A stretch of 63,616 nucleotides of DNA, filler included, from Reclinomonas americana ATCC 50394 (Eukaryota), in the NCBI GenBank assembly GCA_048213135.1. It is 7 parts of 3 records of this genome, joined end to end, with 100 filler letters (N's around TTAATTAATTAA, not from the genome) between each part and the next. Parts side by side here need not be neighbours in the genome. Positions count along the whole stretch, not along the records: positions 40,616 to 44,113 come from PS015110.1; positions 44,214 to 47,181 come from PS015110.1; positions 47,282 to 60,352 come from PS015110.1; 4 more parts are not named here. One strand, given 5' to 3'. The position numbers were made by a program, and so were the translations under genes. How positions within the stretch are numbered: the stretch's first letter is position 1; each line of letters starts with the position of its first letter. The notes under the pieces were generated by a model. The model was not told where the DNA came from, did not search any database, and saw nothing but the letters and a program-made list of their open reading frames with translations. Shown here piece after piece: positions 42,180 to 52,520 of the stretch.

Positions 42180-43708
42180 GCGTCTCTCTCACGCATACAT
42201 GCACTCTCTCTCACTCCCTTTTCTCTCTCATTCTCAGTTCGCTCTCTATTTTTCTTTCTCTTTCTGTCTCTCTCCTAAGTCTCTCTCAGTCACTCTCATT
42301 CTCTCTCTCTCTCTCTCTCTGCGTCTCTGTCTTATTCCCCCTCTCTCTCAGTCTCCCTCTCACTCTCCTTCTCTCTCTCCTTCTCTCTCTCCTTCATTCT
42401 CCACTCGCTCTCTTCCTTCTTTCTGCCGGTTCCTCACCCTGCTATCTTATGTGGCCCTTGTCACTTGCAGTTCACTTCTTTATAAAGAGAGAAAGAGAGA
42501 AGGTCTGCCTTGTCCTTCTCCATTGCTCACTCGCTTTCTGCAGAATACGAACGTTGGCCGAGCGACGGGATGAGCTGGTGAAGGAGCAACGCAAGCTGGA
42601 GGCCAACATTGCGACGTGTAGGCGAGATTTGGCCACTCTGCCAGCGGTGCGTGGGGGATGGAAAGTGTTCTGCTTCTTTGCCATCCCTTCTCCCCTCTCA
42701 TCTCTTCTCCTGCCGCCCTCCTCCTTCCCCCCACCTGCACAGGCCCTGGGCGACCACATGTCAACCCTACAACAACAAGTCAGCTTGCTTATCAACCAAA
42801 AGTTCGACCACGAACGCGAAGTCGCCTTCCTCGCCAAAGAGGTATCCTTCCTCTTCTCTGCATGCGCCCCTCATCCACCGCCCATTGCCCACTCTCTTCT
42901 CCCACAGAAATCCCGCCGCGACCGTCAACAAAAGACCACTCAAGTTCTCTCTCGCCAGATTATCAGGCAAGTAGTCCTTTCTCTCGCGTTGCCCTCATGC
43001 TGGCCCACTCATTTCCCTCCTTTCCCCGCTCAGCGCCGTCGAATCCCTCGGCCAACGCACCGTGCGCGAACTCATTTGCTGCCCGAACCTGCGCGCGGCT
43101 GCCGTGTCTGAGTTTGAAAAAGGCGACCCAATTCGGCAACTCCGCCTGCTGGCCGATGTGCTCGAGGATCACATTTCGTTGCGCCTCCGCTCTCTCTCTC
43201 CCATGGTGTAAATTGGCTGGCCTCACTCCTAATTCACACACGCAGAATCTTTGAGCAAGCACGGCGTGAAGGTCGCATCCACGAGCGGCGCATCAACTCG
43301 TCGCCGTCACCAATCGTGCCCGTCGGCACATTGTACGACTCAGACGACGACATGCCCCACCGCTCCGCGTCACCTCCCGCTGGCCGTCAGTCGCCCACCG
43401 ACGCGTCCACAGTGAACAGCAGCGCGCGGTCGTCACCATCGCGCTCAACGACGCAGTCGCCCACTTCGTCGATTGTGGTTGACCAGTTGCGTGCGTTGGC
43501 TGGAAGGTGCTGTTGGGTTGAAAGTCATCACCCATCCTCTTCTTGTAAGCAGACCTACTGCCGTCAACGCCAAGCACGAACTGATTCGACGTCTCCAGCA
43601 AGTCATCGAGTCGAGTACCGTGTGGACTCCAGCGCTAGCCACAGGTGTGTGGCACCCATCGTGCTTCTGTCTCGTTCTCTCCTGAGTGCGAGGATGGTGA
43701 TTGTCCTC

Positions 43709-43745
<37 letters not shown>

Positions 43746-44055
43746 TGATGAGTATGGTCGTGCTGGGCTGCTGCCGATGATATGCTTGTTACCCGCGTGA
43801 CTTTTTTCCTCTCTGTCTCTCGTTCGAGAAATGCGACTTGGCAATTTGCCATGATGTTGTGTTTTGCCTGCGCGACAAGTCTGTCTCTCTGCATCACTCT
43901 CTCTCTCTCTCATGAGTGCAAGGATGGTGATCTTGCTTGATTCCTGACGTCGATCTGCATATTGCTTGCGCGTCCTTCTATTTGTCTGTCTCTCTGTTTC
44001 CCTCTTGTGAGTGCGACGATAGTGATCGTGCTCGATCCCTGAAGCGGATCTGCAA
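39640..44055 (+). CDS. Coiled-coil protein of unknown function (spliced, 3'-truncated)
   Basis: Heptad-rich exons: about 39640-40134 (LDAHREALQAQMGEVEAQAARVRELEMQLK), 41719-41888, 42544-42646, 42743-42841, 42908-42966, from 43034, 43246-43485 and from 43552. The start codon and continuity across the 40560 linker are uncertain. Confidence 0.6.
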
Positions 44056-44213
44056 GTTGCTTGCACAACCTCTCACAATTCTTCCAACTCTCTCTCTCTC
44101 TCTCTCTCTCTCTNNNNNNNNNNNNNNNNNNNNNNNNNNNNNNNNNNNNNNNNNNNNTTAATTAATTAANNNNNNNNNNNNNNNNNNNNNNNNNNNNNNN
44201 NNNNNNNNNNNNN

Positions 44214-44252
<39 letters not shown>

Positions 44253-44323
44253 CAGAGTAGAAAGAGAGGGCGAGACATGAGAACCAATCATAAGAGGAAT
44301 TGATTGCACAAGAGACAGTTCGC

Positions 44324-44360
<37 letters not shown>

Positions 44361-44474
44361 ACCAAACACCCAATAGAAGGAAGCCAGAATACAGTGATGC
44401 AGAAGAATAATGCGTGAAAGTGAGTGCCAAGCTCAACCCCCGCCCTCCCCAAAATCGCCCCACTTCTCCGCAAC

Positions 44475-45362
44475 TCTGACTGAAAACACCCGTGTTGCCG
44501 TCGGCATCAAACGCAAAGCCCACATCGCTCAGCACGGCTCCGGCGGTCGGTGGCCCTTTCGCGGCGCGCACACTGCCCACCACCTGCAGCGAGGCCGTGG
44601 GCTGACTGGCACCAGTGCGAATACCGACGCGCTTGACGGCGCCATTGATGGAGAAGTTGACAAAGCCGCTGTTGAAGATGACACCGTTGACAAAGTTGTC
44701 GTTCGGGTTGATGGAGAGCGCCGTGCGGATGTTGGTCATGGCGGTGATAGTGGTGGGGCTGCCGAACGCAAAATCGTTGGTCAAAAAGTCCGTGCCTCCG
44801 CCCTGCACCATCACGTTGCCGACGGCCGGAATCGTAATCTTCTCAATGCCGTTGATCAGCAGACGCAGGGTGTCGGCCACGCCCGTGCCGGCCGCCGTGC
44901 GCGTGGCAAACATGCCCGTCATGGCGTCGTTGGAGAAGGCGTAACCGACGTCGGACGACAGCGTCGTGGGGGTGCCCATGGAGGAGCGCACGCCGCCGGC
45001 CACCTCCAACGTGCCCGTGGGCGACACGCCGCCCACGCCGAGCTTGCCAGAGAGGGTGGTGTCGCCCGAGACCGCCAGGCCGCCACTCAGCGACATGGCC
45101 GAGGAGGAGCTGGAGGGCATGGAGATGCGCGTGAAGCCGTCCACCACCAGGCTCAGCGCGGAGCCCGAGGAGGTGATTCCTGGCGAATATAGGGGAAGGG
45201 GGAAGGGATTAGGGATGGGAGAGAGAGTGTGAGCAGCAGAGATTAAGAAAATAGACGGGAGAAGGTGAGCGAATGACAGCCGAATGAAAAAGAAGAAATG
45301 AGAAAGCAAACTGAAGAGGGGGATGGAGAGGACCAAAGGAGGAATAAGAGACAGAGCATTGA

Positions 45363-45400
<38 letters not shown>

Positions 45401-47181
45401 CCAGGAAGGGAAAGGAAGAGAGAACAGCGAAGGCGAGCACAGAGACCCAGAAATGGGGGGAAAGGCAGAGAGGAACTGAAGGGAGCGCACTGAATTCAAG
45501 CGAACAAGAAACAAAAAAACGAGATACAGAGAAACGTGAAGAAGAAAACATAATACGTGCAAGAATTCAGCGCACGAGTGTAGAAAAGGTGCCGCAATGT
45601 CAACAAGAAACAGGATCGCCTCCTTCCTGTCCTATCCCATCAAGACTCACCACCGCTGGCAAACATGCCCGTGTCGTGATCGGCCTCAAAGGCAAAGCCC
45701 TGCGGCTTGGTGGTCGACGGTGCGCCCTTGCCGGCGCGTACAGATCCGTTGACAGTCATCAGCAGCCGTTCGCCATCAGCACCGACCGTCACAGAGCGAT
45801 CGTTCTTCACAGTCAGTGCCGCACTCGGGCCAATGGCGACGCCATTGGTGAAGGCCGATGCGGCGTTGACTGTGCAGCGCAGGAGATGAGTGTCTCGCCA
45901 AGAAGACTACGTGCTTCTGCAGCTGTAGCAACGCAACTCTGCAGCATGGCATTGGAGGACGAGAAGGCCTGCGTGGCACCGACGCTGATTGTTCCGCGCA
46001 CATCGAGTGGCGTGTACATGACAATCGGCGACGACACCGACGCCGGCAACAGCATGATTTGGTTGCCGTTCGTCTGGAAGATCATGGTCTGAGCCTGCCC
46101 GCTCGCCGTGGTTGAATTGGTCTGCAACAGACGACGCTGTTGCGCGGCGAGTGACGGCAGCGAGGCGGCATCCAGATCGGCCTCCATGCCCAGCAGTGAG
46201 AGCACTTGATTTCCCGGTGCCTCATTTTCCACTGTGGGGATGTTGTTGCTGCTGTTGTTGTTGTTGCCACTAGCTGCTGCAGGGCCAGTGGCGGCAGCAG
46301 ATGCCAGTGCGGTTGCCTCGTGGCGCAAAAGGCGGCGAGTGGTAGAAGAGATGGTGCCCACTGCGCGGAGGAAGGGTGAGGAGAGGAAACGGGGGAAGGA
46401 AGGGTGAGAGAGTGAGACAGAGTGGAAGAGAGCATGCGCATGACAGCGGCAAGCAATCGCATGGTGTAATGAGCTAACAAGCGACGAGAAGCGATGAGAA
46501 ACTAGCGAGACATTAACAGCAAGGAGCAACAAGCGAAACAGGTGGGAGACACTGAGAGAGACGCAGGGACGAAAGAGTGAATGAAAGTGAAGTTCAGAAG
46601 CGAGACAAGGTGAGCAAGATGGAACAGAGAAGAGAGCAGAGTGGAGATACTGACAAGAGTGAAAAAGTGAATTTCAGCAAAGAGACACGGTGGGCAAGAC
46701 GGAAAGGAAATGCCAGTCACGTGACAACAGAGCACTCAAGTGGGCAAGATGGAAAGGAAAGTGCGGAATGGAGTCAGTGGAATGGACAAGTGAAGAAAGA
46801 GATGGATAAAAATGCACAAGACATGCAGACACAAGCGCAAGTAAAAACAGGGCGAGGGGATTCGAGCTCGAAAGAGCCAGCCACGAGCAGCAGAAATGAA
46901 GAGCAATCACACCCTTCCTCGACATCGCCCACTCACCCGGCTGCGTGTAGATTCCCGTTCCCTCCGAACCCGTCGGACCAAATGTGATACCGACATCATT
47001 AGAGGTGGTGGTGGTACTGGAAGGTACACCAGAGGTGACACGTAAACCGCCAGCCACGGCCACGGCTCGATCGGGTGAGCACGTGTTGACGCCGACGCTC
47101 TTACTGGACGTGCTTGCAGTGGTACATAACAAGCCGTCTTGCACGTTGAGATTGCCCGAGATAGATGCGTCGCCGCGCGTG
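44475..47181 (-). CDS. Internal fragment of a large protein with tail-fibre-like VGxG...LxVxG repeats
   Basis: Four exons with repeats: SVGVNTCSPDRAVAVAGGLR, LLMTVNGSVRAGKGAP...GFAFEADHDTGMF, LGVGGVSPTGTLEVAGGVRS...GYAFSNDAMTGMF, VGIRTGASQPTASLQVVGSVRAAKGPP...GFAFDADGNTGVF. Bounded by gaps on both sides. Confidence 0.7.
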
Positions 47182-47296
47182 NNNNNNNNNNNNNNNNNNN
47201 NNNNNNNNNNNNNNNNNNNNNNNNNTTAATTAATTAANNNNNNNNNNNNNNNNNNNNNNNNNNNNNNNNNNNNNNNNNNNNCTCTCTCTCTCTCCA

Positions 47297-47356
<60 letters not shown>

Positions 47357-47646
47357 CACACACACAAACACACCTCGGAATAAGCAATGTTCACTGCCTA
47401 CTCACTCTACTGCATTCCTCAACACAAAACAACTCCTGACTGAAACAAACTGTTCAAACTGAATGGAGAGTTCATCTCGGCTAACCTGGGACAGCAACTC
47501 ATCTCAATCCTCTCTTTTCTCTAACCGCGCAAAGCACACGCAGCTGTTCGCAAAGCATGCCATCTTTCTGCACTTTACAATCACGCTATCCGCAATTCTC
47601 TGCAATCATCCCTTCTCTCTCTCCCCTCTCGATCAGAACTCAATAG

Positions 47647-47966
47647 CTGCACTAACAGAGAAGTAGGCAAGTGTGTGAGAGAAAGAGAGATAAACAACAG
47701 AGAGAGAGACGAACAGAGAGGAGAGAGTGCGCGTCGAAAGAAATGAATAAGAATTCAAAAACAATGCAAAAAACGCAAGCACGCGAGAAAAGAATCTCGC
47801 TTCCCTTCTAACTGCACTAACTGAGAAGTAGGCAAGTGTGTGTGAGAGAAAGAGAGACAAACAACAGAGAGAGACGAACAGAGAGGAGAGAGTCTGCGTA
47901 GAAAGAAATGAATAAGAATCCAAAAACAATACCAAAAACGCAAGAACGCGAGAAAAGAATCTCGCG
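47647..47966. repeat. Intronic direct repeat, about 165 bp, two copies
   Basis: CTGCACTAAC...GAGAAGTAGGCAAGTGTGTG...CGCGAGAAAAGAATCTCGC occurs twice. Confidence 0.85.
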
Positions 47967-48018
47967 TCCTTCCCTATCTTCCCCTCCCTTCCCCATCATT
48001 CCTTCCCTATCAACTCAC

Positions 48019-50490
48019 ATCCTCAAACACCAACGTGGCAATGTACTTGAGGGCGTCGCGGTACAGCTTGCGGTCCTCGATCAAAATCTTCAGGCACCAA
48101 TCGTACTGGCGATGCATGCGCGCCATATCCAACGCATACTCAATGTACTCGGCCTGCCGCAGCACCGCAATCGCCGTCTTGACGTCGTAGTGCTGCTCGT
48201 CGTGCGTCTACGTCACAGCCGTGTGAGAAGCTGTCACAGAAAGCATATGAGAGTTACGGAGATCACCTTGATAAAGCTCTCCAACTTGGCATCATCCTTC
48301 AGCTTGGTGTAGCAGTTGAGGAGGAGGGTGGTGTGGTCGGCCGAGGCCAAGCACTGTGTGTGCAGCGCCTCGAGGTAGCGCGTCAGCTGCAGAATGCGCT
48401 GCGCGTTGAGGAACTTGCGAATGACGTAGGAGGGCTCCAGATAGCCAATCGTCTTCAGGTACTGATCCATGGCCGCCTCGTAGTCGCCCTTGCTGTACAG
48501 TCGGTCGCCGTACACGCGGAAAATGTTGACAATGTACTCCTCGTCAAAGCCCTGCGGTGGAGGTGAGGGACGAGGTGGAAGGGATGGTAAAGGGGAGATG
48601 CCACGAACCTGGCTGCGCGCCAAGCTAATGGCCGAGTGGTACAAGTTCTTGCGGAAGAGAATCTCCAGCTTCTTTTGCGTGTCTTTTTCGCGCAATTGGT
48701 ACAGCTGTGCGGGCGCGGAGGTGAGCGAGGGATCTAGCAAAGGAAGAGAGGGCGCTGACGACCGACCTTTTGCACACGTCGCGTGTCGCCCAGTGACTCA
48801 CTGACCAGCACATACACGTGGCCGTACTCGGAGACGATCTCGTGAACGCGCTGCACGCTGAGCGAGAAGGCGATCATGCGATTCGGCAGGTCGTACACGT
48901 TGAGCAGCGACGAGTCCTGTGGAGGACGGAAAGGTGAGAAGGTGGTTGAAAGGGAAAGGGAAGAATGAGTACGCAACTGGGTCACTCGGATCCGTACTGA
49001 CGGTGACAAGGTAGCCTCGGCACCTGCGAATAAAAACGTCAGGCGAATGTCGAGAGAAGAGAAGCAAGCTGACCAACAAACCATCGGATCATGTACTTGA
49101 ATCCCTCGAATCCGTAGCACGGTCCACGTCCCTCCACCGAGTAGAAATACACAGCCTGCACAAGCAGGAATCGTCAGCAACCACCAGAATCTGTCTTCTC
49201 TCCCATCTCCATACACAGCACCTCCTGTCGCGCCACCACCACATGCCCCACTTCCGTCTTGTCCATGTTGCCGACCTTGCAGCCGCCGTCCGACTGCAGC
49301 ACCTCCATGCGCTCGTCTTGCGGCAGAATGCGGAAGCCGAGCACTTGCGCCGTGGTGGCGACAAAGAGGTAGTAGGTGCGGTCCTCCAGGGTGATCACTC
49401 GCAGATTGGTGATGGAGGGGATGTCGGTGCCACCGGCGGCGGCGGCGGCGGCACCGCCCGCGCTGCTGGCGGGGGGTGGTGGGCGGATGACCTTGACCTG
49501 AAGGGAGGGGAAGGAGGGGGGTGGTGAGGGGAAGGAGAGAGAAGGTGAAGGAGAAGGAAGAGAAAAGAGAGAGAGAGAGAGATTTAGAGAGAGAAGTAGA
49601 AGATGGAGGAAAAGAAGCGCAAGAGGGGGACTCTGCAACATCCTGAAGTGCCGTGCAAGAATACGAAATAGACAGACATACAGGGGCATCTGAAACGAAA
49701 CAAGACAAATTACTATACGTGTGTGAACGAATGTGTGCACAGAGAGAGAGAGAAGAAGAAGAAGAAAAAGAAGAAAAAGAAGAGAAGGGGGGAGGAGGAG
49801 GAGGAGGAGGAAGAAGAAGAAGAAGAAGAAGAACAAGAACAAGAACAAGAAGATTGAGGAGAAGAAGCGCAAGAGGGGGACTCTGCAACATCCTGAAGTG
49901 CCGTGCAAGTATACAAAATAGACAGACATACAGGGGCATCTGAAACGAAACAAGACAAATGACTATACGTGTGTGAACAAATGTATGCATAGAGAGAGAG
50001 AGAGAGAAAGAAGAAGAGGAAGAAGAAGATTGAGGAGAAGAAGCGCAAGAGGGGAACTCTGCAACATCCTGAAGTGCCGTGCAAGAATACGAAATAGACA
50101 GACATACAGGGGCATCTGAAACGAAACAAGACAAATGACTATACGTGTGTGAATGAATGTCTGCATAGAGAGAGAGAGAGAGAGAGAAAAAGAAGAAGGA
50201 GAGAACAGGAAGAAGAATAAGAATAAGAAGAAGAACAAGAACAAGAACAAGAACAAGAAGGAGGAGGANNNNNNNNNNNNNNNNNNNNGAGGGCCTGAAG
50301 CGGGGGGGGAAGGGGAAGAAGGGTGGAGAAGGGGGGAAGGGTGGGTGAGGGTGATTGAAGAAGGGGAGTGTGTGTGTAATGAGAGAGTAAAAGAGAAGCC
50401 ACAAAGCGAGAGAATGCACAGAGGAACGAGGCTCTCTCTTTCTCTCTGTCTGTCTGTGTGCGTGTGCGTGTGTGCAAGTCACTGCTCAAT

Positions 50491-50552
<62 letters not shown>

Positions 50553-50805
50553 TAGCACGCGGGCAAACTGAGATGCAACTTGCATTCTCGCATGAACACA
50601 CACACTCTTCTCTCCCTCTTGCTCCTCTCCTCTCCCCTTTTGCCCACTCACTCTATCTCTCATTCTCACAAACAAACAAACACGCGACATGTCACACTCT
50701 TCTCTCACTCTTTCCGCTCACCTCGATCTCCGCGTGACCGGAGCGGGAGACTCCATCGCGCACAACGTCCTTGTCAAAGAACTGGAAGCGCTTCAGATTG
50801 AGCAT
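48019..50805 (-). CDS. VPS11: Vacuolar protein sorting 11, HOPS/CORVET core subunit (partial; C-terminal half not in this contig)
   Basis: MLNLKRFQFFDK start; LFVATT; AVYFYSVEGRGPCYGFEG; LNVYDLPNRMIAF; LREKDTQKKLEILFRKNLY; YGDRLYSKGDYEAAMDQYLKTIGYLEPSYVIRKFL; HTTLLLNCYTKLKD. Confidence 0.93.
49613..50170. repeat. Intronic repeat: core of about 130 bp, three copies, separated by GA/GAA microsatellite
   Basis: AGAAGCGCAAGAGGGG.ACTCTGCAACATCCTGAAGTGCCGTGCAAG...CTATACGTGTGTGAA near 49613, 49863 and 50039. Confidence 0.9.
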
Positions 50806-51237
50806 TTCCCCGCGAGGACTGTGTTGTGTTTGTGAGCGAGGGACAGATGCTAAGCGAGCACATCGATTGCATTCTGTCCCACACGGAAACGCATTGCTCA
50901 AAGGCAACAACAAGCTTTTCTAATGCAAACAGCGAGACAGCCATATGATGATATTCTTGAGCTAGCGCTGGTAACTGAAACATTGCGGAAAAATACGAGA
51001 AAAAGTCGAAATTCTACACTTGCGTTTCTGCAAGTGCAAGAGAAACCAACCACCAAAGAGGGAAGCGCATGCAGTGGTCCGCAGTAGGTTTTTTTTGTTT
51101 TCTACAATTGCCAGATCCAACGCAAAACGCACATATTGCAGCTCGAAAATGCAAATGTTGACAGGCCGCTGCGAGCTCGAGCTTGAATCCACTCACAGCA
51201 ACAAAACTTGCTTCGAGTGCAAGCGAAAGTTATGCAA

Positions 51238-52520
51238 ATGCACCACATTTGCAGAATTCCGCGCAATGTGTAAACGGACTCTTCTGTAAGGTTGGCGACG
51301 CGCGCGCGCGGGAAAAAAGTTCCACAGTTCTTCGAGGCAGGGAACGCACTTGCACCTCTCTCTACACACAAGTACAGAGAGACACACACAGGCTTCTTCT
51401 CCTGTTCTTCTCTGCTTGCGTGTGAGAGTGTCACTTTGTTTCTCTGTGAATCATGCAACACGATGTCGACGATGAGGGCGACAGTGTGCTCTCCTCATCC
51501 TCAGCCACCACTGCTGCTCCTCTTGCAACATCAACAACAACAGCTGCTTCTTCAAGTGAAAGTGATGCATGTGCACCATATTTGCAATGTGTAAACGGAC
51601 TCTTCTGTAAGGTTGGCGACGCGCGCGGGAAAAAAGTTCCGCAGTTCTTTGAGGCAGAGAACGCACTTGCACCTCGCACGCATACAAGAACAGAGAAAGA
51701 CACAACCTTCTTCGCTCCTGTTCTTCTCTGCTTGCGTGTGAGAGTGTGAGTCACTTTGTTTTGTAGTGAATCATGCAACACGATCGCGATGTCGACGAAG
51801 AGGGCGACAGTGTGCTCTCCTCTTCCTCAGCCACCACTGCTGCTCCACTTGCAACAACAACAACAACAGCTGCTTCAAGTGGAAGTGATGCTTATGCACC
51901 ACATTTGCAATGTGTAAACGGACTCTTCTGTAAGGTTGGCGACGCGCGCGGGAAAAAAGTTCCGCAGTTCTTTGAGGCAGAGAACGCACTTGCACCTCGC
52001 ACGCATACAAGAACAGAGAAAGACACAACCTTCTTCTCTCCGGTTCTTCTCTGCTTGCGTGTGAGAGTGTGAGTCACTTTGTTTTGAAGTGAATCATGCA
52101 ACACGATCGCGATGTCGACGATGAGGGCGACAGTGTGCTCTCCTCTTCCTCAGCCACCACTGCTGCTCCTCTTGCAACAACAACAACAACAGCTGCTTCG
52201 AGTGGATGCACCTATTTCGCAATGTGTAAACGGACTTTATTGTAAGGTTGGCGACGCGCGCGGGAAAAAAGTTCCGCAGTTCTTCGAGGCAGTGAACGCA
52301 CTTGCACCCCGCACGCACTCACACAAGTACAGAGAGAAACTATTCTTCTCTGCTTGCGTGAGAGAGTGAGTGTGTCACTTTGTTTCTTTTGTGAGAATCA
52401 TGCAACACGATGTCGACGATGAGGGCGACAGTGCGCTTTCCGCCACCACTGCTGCTCCTCTTGCAACATCAACAACAGCTGCTTCAAGTGGAAGTGATGC
52501 TTATGCACCACATTTGCAGC
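51238..52520 (+). repeat. Tandem array, about 320-bp unit, four copies, comprising the kinesin upstream region and the start of exon 1
   Basis: GCAATGTGTAAACGGACT...GTTGGCGACGCGCGCGGGAAAAAAGTTCC...GAATCATGCAACACGAT repeats, with ATGs at 51453, 51773, 52096 and 52400. Confidence 0.92.
51308..52267 (-). promoter_or_regulatory. Four E2F-consensus-like sites (TTTCCCGC) at 51308, 51625, 51948 and 52260
   Basis: GCGGGAAA on the + strand, once per repeat unit, about 140 bp upstream of each ATG copy. Function is inferred from the consensus only. Confidence 0.35.
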
